DNA from: Gemmatimonadota bacterium | GTDB lineage: Bacteria > Gemmatimonadota > Gemmatimonadetes > Palauibacterales > Palauibacteraceae | Assembly (NCBI GenBank): GCA_963666735.1 | Contig: OY762926.1 | Span: 3,552,001-3,616,000, forward strand | Length of the DNA: 64,000 bases | Direction: 5' to 3' | Shown: positions 1-8,223 of the stretch, one piece after another | How the letters are laid out: each line of letters starts with the position of its first letter | Position numbering within the stretch: the first letter of the stretch is position 1 | Notes under the pieces: model-generated | What the model was told of the DNA's origin: nothing | The model's database searches: none | Seen by the model: the letters and a program-made list of their open reading frames with translations, nothing else | Translations under genes and position numbers: made by a program

Positions 1-272
1 CCGCGCGGAAAAGCGCCGGCCGGGATGTCTTCGGAGATCGGGAGGACCACGGGCCGTTCCGGGCTTGCGCCGCGGACCTCCTCGATGCGCACGGCGAATC
101 CGTCCATGGCGCTGTTGTTCCACGGCGGGTGCGGGGCGACGGCTTGCACGTCGCGCGCGAGCGAGCGGCCGAGGGCGGCGGAGAGCGGAACTCGCTCCGT
201 TTCCAGCGGCGACACGGCGTCCAGCACGAGAGCCAGGGCCTCGTCGAAGGAGACCCAGTCCGCGTCGTTCAT
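1..272 (-). CDS. moeA: Molybdopterin molybdotransferase MoeA, N-terminal part (runs off window edge)
   Basis: Manual minus-strand translation from ATG 272: MNDADWVSFDEALALVLDAVSPLETERVPLSAALGRSLARDV...PPWNNSAMDGFAVR; the SAMDGFAVR motif is typical of MoeA. Not in the ORF track. Confidence 0.9.
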   Translation of the reverse strand, partial: MNDADWVSFDEALALVLDAVSPLETERVPLSAALGRSLARDVQAVAPHPPWNNSAMDGFAVRIEEVRGASPERPVVLPISEDIPAGAFPR

Positions 273-315
273 GCCCGGTTCATGCCCGGCCGCCGCGGAG
301 GCTCGTCACGGGAGG

Positions 316-1038
316 CTAGAAGTAGTACCAGATGGAGATGCTGAACTCCGGGTTGTGGCCCCACACGGAACTCTGCGGCGCCGGCGCGCCGGAGGCGTCG
401 AACAGCTCCAGGGTGGTTCCGAAGAGGAATCCGTCCGGAGACGTCACGCGGACCAGGTAATCGCGGACCTCGAAGCCGATCCCGATCGTCTCCGCCGGAA
501 AGATCTCGAACCCCAGCCCCGCGAAGATGTGCGGAGCGGTGGAGATGTCGTACCGGAAGGGTTCGAGAGCCTGGTCGGCGAGGAACTCGGAGGCGCCCTC
601 GTCGATCCCGAACACGAAGCCGCCGCCGATGAGCCCGTAGGGGTGGATCCCGTTCCACGTCCGCGCTCCGGTGAGGCCGACCTGCGCGCCGATATCGGCC
701 CGCAGCCAGCCCGCGGCGACGGTGTCGACGACCATCGGTCCTTCCGCGTCGAGGACATCCAGTGTCCAGCGGTCCGCCGCCCCGTAGGTGGCTCCAAGCT
801 CGAGAGAAAGGGGACTCGACGCCCGGACGCGCATTCTGGCGCCCCCCACGGCGGTGGGTCCCTGCGCGAACTCGAGCCGCCCCCGGTTCCCCGCGTGGTG
901 GCCCCCGAAAAGGCCGATGCGGAAGCCCTTCTCGCGCCAGCGAAAGGGTGAATCGATGCGTTCGGCCTGCGCCTCGACCGTCGCCGGGACTCCGGCGAGC
1001 AGGGCGAGTCCGACGACGAAGATCAGTTTGTTTGACAC
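316..1038 (-). CDS. Outer-membrane beta-barrel protein (hypothetical)
   Basis: Signal peptide ending VEA-Q, alternating aromatic/Gly beta-strand pattern, C-terminal aromatic SISIWYYF. Confidence 0.65.
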   Translation of the reverse strand: MSNKLIFVVGLALLAGVPATVEAQAERIDSPFRWREKGFRIGLFGGHHAGNRGRLEFAQGPTAVGGARMRVRASSPLSLELGATYGAADRWTLDVLDAEGPMVVDTVAAGWLRADIGAQVGLTGARTWNGIHPYGLIGGGFVFGIDEGASEFLADQALEPFRYDISTAPHIFAGLGFEIFPAETIGIGFEVRDYLVRVTSPDGFLFGTTLELFDASGAPAPQSSVWGHNPEFSISIWYYF

Positions 1039-1138
1039 TGGGTTGACGCGGGTTCCATATCTTGGATGAGTCGGATCTCGAACGGGAACGGCCCCGTCTC
1101 ACGAATCTCGCGACGGGGCGGCGGCGCGAGGAATGTAG

Positions 1139-1972
1139 GTGGAGGACCGGGTCCTTACCAGAAAAACGTCTTGTCGCCGTCGCTTGCGACGCCGGCTTCT
1201 CCTGCCGGTCGTCCTGGCGTGTGCGCATGCGCCGCCCCCCACGGCCGCGCAGGTGCGCGAAGTCGTCATCGACGGCGAGGTCTTCCGGAGGACGGCGGAC
1301 GGCCGCCGTCTGGCCGAACTCGCGCTGCGCACGCCGGTCGTCCTCAAGCGTACGGAAGGGGTCTGGGCGGAGGTGGAGGTCGAGGGCTGGGTCCCGTCCG
1401 GCTCGGTCGCGCCGGCCACGCGAGAGGGCCACAACGGCGTCATCGCCAGCTTGGGAGGCGAACCTCTCAGGTCCGAACCCGCCGGGTCCGTGACCGGGTT
1501 CCTGCTCGAGGGATTCCTCGTCGACCGGGTGGAGGAACGGGAAGGCTGGAGCCGGATTCGCCGCTCGGGCTGGGTTCGGGAGGCCGCGCTCGGGCCCGGC
1601 GGCGGGGATGGTGTCGGCCCCGGCGATGTCCGCCCCGGCGGTGTCGAGGCCGTCCTGCCCGGCGTCTCGGCTGCGGCGTTGCGCGCGAACCCGGATGAGT
1701 ATGCCGGCGCGCGCCTCCGCTGGACCGTTCGGTTTCTGTCGCTGGAACGGGCGGAACCGGAGCGGATCGACTTCTACGAAGGCGAGCCCTTCCTGCTCGC
1801 GCGCGCCCCCGATCCGGGAGATGGGCTCATCTACGTCGCCGTGCCGCCGGAACTCCTGGCGGCGGCGGAAAAGCTCCGGCCCCTCCAGACCCTCGACATC
1901 CTCGTGAAGGTCCGGACGGGCCGGTCGGTGCTACTGAGGGTCCCGATACTGGATCTGCTCGCGCTCTACTGA
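1139..1972 (+). CDS. Secreted hypothetical protein with two SH3b-like repeats
   Basis: Hydrophobic leader; repeated 'EGVWAEVEVEGWV' / 'EGWSRIRRSGWV' motifs resembling SH3b. Start uncertain. Confidence 0.55.
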   Translation: MEDRVLTRKTSCRRRLRRRLLLPVVLACAHAPPPTAAQVREVVIDGEVFRRTADGRRLAELALRTPVVLKRTEGVWAEVEVEGWVPSGSVAPATREGHNGVIASLGGEPLRSEPAGSVTGFLLEGFLVDRVEEREGWSRIRRSGWVREAALGPGGGDGVGPGDVRPGGVEAVLPGVSAAALRANPDEYAGARLRWTVRFLSLERAEPERIDFYEGEPFLLARAPDPGDGLIYVAVPPELLAAAEKLRPLQTLDILVKVRTGRSVLLRVPILDLLALY

Positions 1973-1985
1973 GCAGAACCCGTCG

Positions 1986-3593
1986 CTACCGGTTCCCCTG
2001 GTTCCCCTCGCTCTCGGCCTCGTTCAGGAAGGCCTCGGCCTCCATCAGGCCGGCGTGCGCAAGGCCGCTCCACAGGTCGGCGACCTTCGCATAGGCCTCG
2101 GCGGCGAGCACCGCGTCGCCGTTGGCGGCGTGCGCCCGGGCCAGGCCGAGCAGCGAACGCGGCCGGTTCGGCATCCGCAGCAGCGAGGTCTCGAACTTCT
2201 CGACCGCCTTGTCCGGCATCCCGAGTTCGAGCAGCAGTTCGCCGTAGAGTTCGTGCAGAGGCTTGACCGGGCTCGCCGAACCGCGCGGCGGCGCCATGCT
2301 CATGACCTCCGCCTCGGCCTCGTCCATGAGTCCGGTCGCCACGTCGGGATGGCCCATGGCGGCGTGCCGGAGCGCCCCGACCTGCTTGTGCATGACGTGC
2401 GTGTAGCCCTCGCCGTCCGACAACTCCTTCAGCGCGGCCTCCGCCTCGGTGACGGTCGCCTGGTCGCCCATGCGGTGGGCGCTCAGTCCCGTGGCGAGGA
2501 GTTCGTGCGCCGGGGAGTCTTCGGTGATCGGCTGGGTCTCCCACTGCTCGGTCTCGACGATGTAGCGCGCCCTGAGGAGCGAAACGGCGCCCTGCGCCCG
2601 CGCGATGCCCGCTGCTCCGCGCGCGCCGGTCGCGGTGCCGAAGCCCTCGTTGTCGACCATGTCCCCGAGCCGGTCCATCCACAGCCGCGCCTTGTCGTAG
2701 TCCCCGCGCTGGAGGTCGCCGTACTGGCCCCAGTCGAGCGCGTGCACCGCGTCGCCCACCGGGTCGCCCGGCTGCCACAGCTCCTGCGCCACGTTGTAGG
2801 CGGACTGGTTGTTGCCGGACACGCGCTCCCACATCCCGTGCTGGATGAAGATGTGCGTCGGCATGTGCCGCGCGTGGGAAACCGCCGGAGCGATGTCCGC
2901 GAAGGCGTAGGCCGCGTCCAGCGCGAGCGGGGCCATGATCGGATTGTCGAACGAGTGGATCGTGTAGTGCGCCGCGCCCGGGTGCATCGGATTGTCGTTG
3001 AACAGCCGGAGCGCGATCGTCCCCGCCATCACGTTCCAGCGCTGGCTCAGATCGCGCGTCGCCGCCGTCGCGCTGAGGAGGGAGAGCGCGTAGAAGGCCG
3101 AGATCTCCGGGTCCTCCGGATAGGCCTCGTACAGGTCGCGCATCGCCTCCATGTACCCTACGCGCCGGTCGACGTGGTCGGCCTCGCTCCACAGGATTTC
3201 GACCGCCCTAAGGAAGCCCTTCTCGCGATCCGTCGGCGCCTTGGCCATGCGCTCGGCCGGCGTCGCGCCCAGCCTCTCGAGCGCCTTGCGCGGCTCCGTC
3301 GGGTCCATCTGCGACACGAGCGGATGATTGTAGGCGAGCGACTCGCCCCAGTACGCCATCACGAAGCCGGGATCCAGTTCCTGCGCCGCGTGGAACTGCT
3401 CCCTCGCCTGCTTCCAGCCGAAGCTGTGCAGGATCGCCACGCCCCGGAGGAAGTGCTGCTGCGCCTCGCCTGTGGCCGAGGTCGGGAAGGTGATTGAGCC
3501 GACCTCATCGAACTGTGCCTCGACCGGCGCGGGAACCGTCGACAGCATCGCGCCGAGGAGGAACGCCGGGAGCATCATGGACCATCTTTTCAT
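1986..3593 (-). CDS. Secreted TPR-repeat protein
   Basis: Signal peptide; FLRGVAILHSF, HPGAAHYTIH, HARHMPTHIF motifs; helical TPR-like C-terminus. Confidence 0.7.
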   Translation of the reverse strand: MKRWSMMLPAFLLGAMLSTVPAPVEAQFDEVGSITFPTSATGEAQQHFLRGVAILHSFGWKQAREQFHAAQELDPGFVMAYWGESLAYNHPLVSQMDPTEPRKALERLGATPAERMAKAPTDREKGFLRAVEILWSEADHVDRRVGYMEAMRDLYEAYPEDPEISAFYALSLLSATAATRDLSQRWNVMAGTIALRLFNDNPMHPGAAHYTIHSFDNPIMAPLALDAAYAFADIAPAVSHARHMPTHIFIQHGMWERVSGNNQSAYNVAQELWQPGDPVGDAVHALDWGQYGDLQRGDYDKARLWMDRLGDMVDNEGFGTATGARGAAGIARAQGAVSLLRARYIVETEQWETQPITEDSPAHELLATGLSAHRMGDQATVTEAEAALKELSDGEGYTHVMHKQVGALRHAAMGHPDVATGLMDEAEAEVMSMAPPRGSASPVKPLHELYGELLLELGMPDKAVEKFETSLLRMPNRPRSLLGLARAHAANGDAVLAAEAYAKVADLWSGLAHAGLMEAEAFLNEAESEGNQGNR

Positions 3594-3715
3594 CGTACTA
3601 TCCCTCTCAGGAAGAAACGCCGGCCTACCTCGTCCGGCATCGCATTGAAGTTACGGTGCCAAAACCAGAAGCGGGCGGCAAGGTGTAGCGCCGGGTCACG
3701 GCGTCTCGCGCCGCC

Positions 3716-4135
3716 TCATGCGTCCGGGAGATCGTAGTCGATCGTCAGCGTGTGCGAGCCGCCGTCCACGGCGATCTTGACCGAGCCGGTCAGGCCCTCA
3801 AGATCGCCGGTCGCCGACCCCGGGACGATCTGGCCGCCCGTCTGCTCGTGGCCGCTCGCGCTCAACCCCCAGTGTTGCATGACGAACGTCCCTTCCCGTC
3901 CGCCGAGCGCCCCCCGCACGACCTCGCGGGCGATATAGCCCGCTCCCGCGGCGATATCCGCCACATCCGCCTGGCACATGAGGAGCCGGGCCTCGCTCTC
4001 CGCCACGAGGTCCCCGCCGAAACGCTTGAGGACGGTGGCGTGGGAGAGCGTCGGCCCCCCGGGGCCGCCTGCGTCGGGTTCGGCTTCCCCCTGGTCCCAT
4101 CCGGTGACCTCGAAGGAGGCGATCGCGCGCGCCAT
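3716..4135 (-). CDS. DUF3224 family protein
   Basis: ASFEVTGWD...KRFGGDL...GREGTFVMQHWG...IVPGSATGDLEGLTG pattern. Confidence 0.8.
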   Translation of the reverse strand: MARAIASFEVTGWDQGEAEPDAGGPGGPTLSHATVLKRFGGDLVAESEARLLMCQADVADIAAGAGYIAREVVRGALGGREGTFVMQHWGLSASGHEQTGGQIVPGSATGDLEGLTGSVKIAVDGGSHTLTIDYDLPDA

Positions 4136-4175
4136 GCCGGGCTTCTCTGCTGCCGGATTCCCGCCGGGTCCGCTC

Positions 4176-5561
4176 CTAGAGCGCCGCGACGGCGGTGGAC
4201 AGGTTGTCGAGGGCGCGCTTCACGAGCGTGCGCGACGTCGCGATGTTCATCCGCATGTGCCGCTCGCCGCCGGTCCCGTAGCTGGGCCCGCTGTTGAGGT
4301 AGATGCGTGCGTTCTCGGCGAGCCAGCGCTGCAGGACGCTCTCCGGCGACACCGGCTCCGCAGCCGTCCGGTTCTCGTAGTCCGCCTTCCCCTGCGCGTC
4401 GATCCTGTCCATCAGGTCGCCCATGTCCAGCCACGCGAGGAAGGTGCCCTGCGCCTTGGTGTACTTCACGAGCGGGATGTTCTCCCGGATATAGGCCTCG
4501 GTGTAGTCGTGGTTGCCGTCCAGGTAGACGAGAAGCTGGTCGAGCCACTCGTCGCCCTCGTTGTTGGCGGCGCGGGCGGCGTACATGCCCAGCGTGCTGA
4601 GGTCCGCCCGCGTGTTCTGGCGCAGGCGTGTCATGAAGGAGGGGTTGGTCGAGAAGTACCAGGCCACCTTGTTGGCCGCGAGGCTGAACGTCTTGCTGTT
4701 GGATTTGAAGGTGACGCTGTTGTCGACGACCTTCGGATCGAGGCTGGCGAACGGCGTGTACTTCTGTCCCTTCGTCACGAAATCGCAGTGGATCTCGTCG
4801 GAGAGCACCGGCACGCCGTGTTCGAGACAGATCTCGCCCATGCGGGTCATGTCTTCCGCCGACCAGCAGTTTCCGGTCGGGTTCTGCGGGTTGCAGAGGA
4901 CGAAGGCGTGGACCCGTTGCACGCGGCGCTCGAAGTCATCCCAATCGATCTCGTAGACGCCGTCGACGACCTTCATCTCGCTGTCCTCGGCGACGTTCCG
5001 CGCGAAGCGCAGATCCGAGTAGAAGCCGTTGTAGGTCGGCGTCGTCATGAGGACCCGGCTGCCCGGAGGGGCGAAGGTGTGCAGTCCCGCGATGATTCCC
5101 GGGTGGACGCCCGACGTCCAGACGATGGTCGAGGGGTCGATGTCGAGGTCGTAGCGGCGCTGGTTCCAGGCCACGACCGCGTCCGTGAACGAACTGTCGC
5201 GGTGCTGGTAGCCCCAGTTCTCGTGCTTGCTGCGCTCGGCGATCGCCTGCGTGATGCACGGTGCGGCGCGGAAGTCCATGTCGGCGATCCCCATGCCGAC
5301 CTCGATCTCGGGGCCGAACTGCTCGATGGCGCGATCCCACTTGACGCAGTCGGTTCCGCGCCGGTCGTAGATCTGGTCGAAGTCAAACTCCTCGGGTGCG
5401 CCGGCGAATCCGGCCGCGGCGACATCGGTCCCCGCCACCTCGCTCGCGAGCGCCGAACGCGCGCCGACGGCGCCCAGAACGGCGGTGGCTCCTGTGCTCT
5501 TGAGAAAGGCCCGACGGTTCAGCCCGTGATTCCGCAGCATTTGCACGCCCTCCTTCGACAT
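4176..5561 (-). CDS. MalY/PatB-family PLP-dependent C-S lyase/aminotransferase with Tat signal
   Basis: RRGTDCVKWD, MGIADMDF, LCNPQNPTG, SDEIHCD and SKTF (PLP lysine) motifs; N-terminal NRRAFLK twin-arginine motif plus hydrophobic stretch ending ALA. Confidence 0.85.
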   Translation of the reverse strand: MSKEGVQMLRNHGLNRRAFLKSTGATAVLGAVGARSALASEVAGTDVAAAGFAGAPEEFDFDQIYDRRGTDCVKWDRAIEQFGPEIEVGMGIADMDFRAAPCITQAIAERSKHENWGYQHRDSSFTDAVVAWNQRRYDLDIDPSTIVWTSGVHPGIIAGLHTFAPPGSRVLMTTPTYNGFYSDLRFARNVAEDSEMKVVDGVYEIDWDDFERRVQRVHAFVLCNPQNPTGNCWSAEDMTRMGEICLEHGVPVLSDEIHCDFVTKGQKYTPFASLDPKVVDNSVTFKSNSKTFSLAANKVAWYFSTNPSFMTRLRQNTRADLSTLGMYAARAANNEGDEWLDQLLVYLDGNHDYTEAYIRENIPLVKYTKAQGTFLAWLDMGDLMDRIDAQGKADYENRTAAEPVSPESVLQRWLAENARIYLNSGPSYGTGGERHMRMNIATSRTLVKRALDNLSTAVAAL

Positions 5562-5662
5562 TTCCCGCGTACGGTTCGTGACCGCTGTTCCGAATCAGGG
5601 TGGTCGAAACGTCCCGCTCTGGCAAGACTGGCGGCGTGCCGGGCGGCGTGCCGGGCGACCTG

Positions 5663-6244
5663 TCAGCCGAGGCGTCCGAGGCGGGCCGAACTCTCCGCCA
5701 CGCCGGCCTCGACGCCCGCCTCCCGGTACAGGTCCCGGGCCTCCCGCCACAGCCCCCGGGCTTCGTCGCGCTCGCCGAGGGTCTCGCGCAGGATGGCCAT
5801 CGGCCGCACCGCGTTGGCAAGATCGAGCGCCTGGCGCGCAGGGTGCGCGCGGTAGATGGCCAACGCCTCCGCGTAGCAGCGCTTGGCCTCCCGGGGGTCG
5901 TCCGTCTCCCGGAGCACGTCGCCGAGGTGGCGTACGGTGTGAGCGAGCGCGAGCGGATCGTCTCCCCGGCGGCAGAGCGGAACGGCTTCGCGATACAGCC
6001 GGAGGGCGATATCGAGCCGTCCCAGGTCGCGTTCGACGTTCGCGCGGCCATGCAGCGCGCGGGCGAGCGCAACCGGATCGTCATGCTCCCGCGCGAGCGC
6101 GGCCGCCGCCTTCATGTGCCGCAGCGCCTCGCCTGCCCGCTCCGCGCGCCGTGCGGCCATTCCCCGCCGGACGCGCGACTCGACGGCGTCCCGGGGCGCG
6201 GCGCAGGTCTCCGGGGGAACCCCGGGGGGAACCCTGTCCGGCAT
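5663..6244 (-). CDS. Tetratricopeptide repeat protein
   Basis: Repeated ARALHGRANVERDLG / AHTVRHLGDVLRETD / ANAVRPMAILRETLG TPR-like units; start chosen at ATG 6244 just below the upstream gene. Confidence 0.7.
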   Translation of the reverse strand: MPDRVPPGVPPETCAAPRDAVESRVRRGMAARRAERAGEALRHMKAAAALAREHDDPVALARALHGRANVERDLGRLDIALRLYREAVPLCRRGDDPLALAHTVRHLGDVLRETDDPREAKRCYAEALAIYRAHPARQALDLANAVRPMAILRETLGERDEARGLWREARDLYREAGVEAGVAESSARLGRLG

Positions 6245-6252
6245 GGGGCCCT

Positions 6253-6744
6253 CTACCCTCCGCGCGGTACCGGAGCCGAGGAGTGGCCGGTCAGGATCCG
6301 CCATCCCCCCGTCTCGTGGACCCACAGCATGGTCACCGCGCCTCCATAGCCGAACTCGGATCCGTCCTCCGTGCGAAGCGTGCTCTCGAACCGGGACCGG
6401 ATCTGGGCGACGCCGGGGGCCAACGGCTCGATGTCCGTATCCGAGTACTCCGTCGTAATCTGTGTCCCCGGACCGAGATCCGCGAGGGCGGCGCGCACGT
6501 CGTCGGCCGACTCGTAGGCCAATTCCCCGTTCTCGTAGAAGCGGAACGCAGGGGATTCCGAATAGAAATCGCCGGCGGCCTCCCAGGTCGACGCGATCCC
6601 CATGGCCCGGAACGCCTCGAGCGTCGCCGACAGGCTGTCGCGCATCGCCGCGGCATGCGGTTCCGTCAACGGCTCCGGCTCCGACCCGCACCCCGGCCCC
6701 GCCAACACGGCGAGGCACAGGCAGAACTTCGTCACGTTCGTCAT
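6253..6744 (-). CDS. NTF2/SnoaL-like (DUF4440-like) probable lipoprotein
   Basis: Lipobox-like GPGC; C-terminal TMLWVHETGGWRILTGHSS typical of the NTF2-like fold. Confidence 0.7.
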   Translation of the reverse strand: MTNVTKFCLCLAVLAGPGCGSEPEPLTEPHAAAMRDSLSATLEAFRAMGIASTWEAAGDFYSESPAFRFYENGELAYESADDVRAALADLGPGTQITTEYSDTDIEPLAPGVAQIRSRFESTLRTEDGSEFGYGGAVTMLWVHETGGWRILTGHSSAPVPRGG

Positions 6745-6861
6745 ATTTCCTCGATCACAGTACGGACCGATACGTTAACCTGTACGTGCAAACGGCCAAA
6801 GTTCGCAGCCCGTTTCAACCTCGCTTGGGGTCAACCAGGCGGTTGTGCCAACACCGGTGCC

Positions 6862-8109
6862 ATGAATCCGAGCAATCTACAAGTCAATCGTGAGGGCGGT
6901 CACATTCGCATCGTCGGCGACCTGGTCCCGGGCTCGTTCCGGCCTGTCCTGGCGGCACTGCACCAAGCTACGCGAGTCAAGGGGTTCGAGGATGTCAAGC
7001 TGGACTTCTCCGACACCACGCTCGCGTTCCCCGGACCGATGCTTGCGGTGCTCGCGACATGCGGGCGGCTGCGCGACGAGCTCGACGTGGATCTTACCGT
7101 GATTCGTCCCACGGAAGGAAGGTTGCGGCGCCTGTTTTCCAACGCCAACTGGGCGCACCTGGCAGCTCCGCGGAAGTTCGAGAGGTCGACGTGGCAACCC
7201 ACCGATGTTTTGCCGGCGCGGCGGTTTACATCCCCGGAGGAACAGGAGGAGATCGTACGTCAAATCAATGACGCGATACTCTCTTCCTCGGCCGAACTGA
7301 CGAGACGGGACTTGGCCGCATTCGAATGGACGGTGTTCGAGGTTGTGGACAACGTACTTCGGCATGCGGATTGTTCCCAAGGGGGACTTGTTCAACTGAG
7401 TCAGTATCCGGCAAGGCAGCAGTTGGAGTTCGTCGTCGCAGACGGGGGCCGGGGGATCCCACGCGCGATGAGAACGACGAGGCCTGGAATATCCGACGTT
7501 GAAGCTCTCGAACTCTCCATTGAGCGCGGGATCACCAGTACCGCCGAGGGAATGGGGCACGGTCTGTTCGGCACCCACCAAGCCTCGAACGTGGGTACGG
7601 GCACCTTCGCCATTCACTCCGGTTACGCCAGTATCGGCTCCGAGTCCGGCGCCCGCGACGAGAGCACCCCCGTCAGCGGCACGCTCGTGATTGTCCGATT
7701 GGACTACTCGGAGCCGGAGGCGTTGTGGCGCGCCCTCGAGAATCCAGAGCGGCTTGACTCAGCCGATTACGTGGAGCTTCGCTACGAAGACGCGACCGAC
7801 GACGTTCTCAACTTCGTCGTTAGGAAGGAAGCTGGTTCGGTGGGGTCGCGGTTCTCGGGGAGATCGACCCGCACGAAGATCGAGAATCTCATGACGATGT
7901 ACCCGGATTATCCAATCAACGTGGACTTCGACGGTGTATCCATCGTTTCCAGCAGCTTTGCTGACGAGTTTCTCGGCAAGCTCTTCGTGCGGATCGGGGC
8001 GCTGCGATTCATGAACGCGATCCGGCTGAGAGGCGTCTGTCCGACGGTGCGTTCCGTGGTCGATCAGGCGATCTTCCAAAGAGTCAAGCACGACGCGGAG
8101 ACCGGCTGA
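6862..8109 (+). CDS. STAS-like / HATPase_c (RsbW-like) / DUF4325 STAS-like fusion protein
   Basis: ATG 6862 within ORF 5578..8109; GHKL boxes EVVDNVLRHA, DGGRGI, GMGHGL; C-terminal VDFDGVSIVSSSFADEFLGKL; visibly more AT-rich than flanks. Confidence 0.75.
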   Translation: MNPSNLQVNREGGHIRIVGDLVPGSFRPVLAALHQATRVKGFEDVKLDFSDTTLAFPGPMLAVLATCGRLRDELDVDLTVIRPTEGRLRRLFSNANWAHLAAPRKFERSTWQPTDVLPARRFTSPEEQEEIVRQINDAILSSSAELTRRDLAAFEWTVFEVVDNVLRHADCSQGGLVQLSQYPARQQLEFVVADGGRGIPRAMRTTRPGISDVEALELSIERGITSTAEGMGHGLFGTHQASNVGTGTFAIHSGYASIGSESGARDESTPVSGTLVIVRLDYSEPEALWRALENPERLDSADYVELRYEDATDDVLNFVVRKEAGSVGSRFSGRSTRTKIENLMTMYPDYPINVDFDGVSIVSSSFADEFLGKLFVRIGALRFMNAIRLRGVCPTVRSVVDQAIFQRVKHDAETG

Positions 8110-8223
8110 CTACACGCGACCGGCGGGTAACCCAATCCGGGCGCAGAAGTTCCGCTTGCGGAGCATCGTTCGCACGGTCCAGCTTGAACGTTCAAGCTCG
8201 CCCCCCCGTCCAGGAGCCAGACC

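Noticed and set aside
5578..6861. N-terminal half of the 843-aa ORF
   Set aside because: Overlaps two credible minus-strand genes; the recognisable protein starts at ATG 6862
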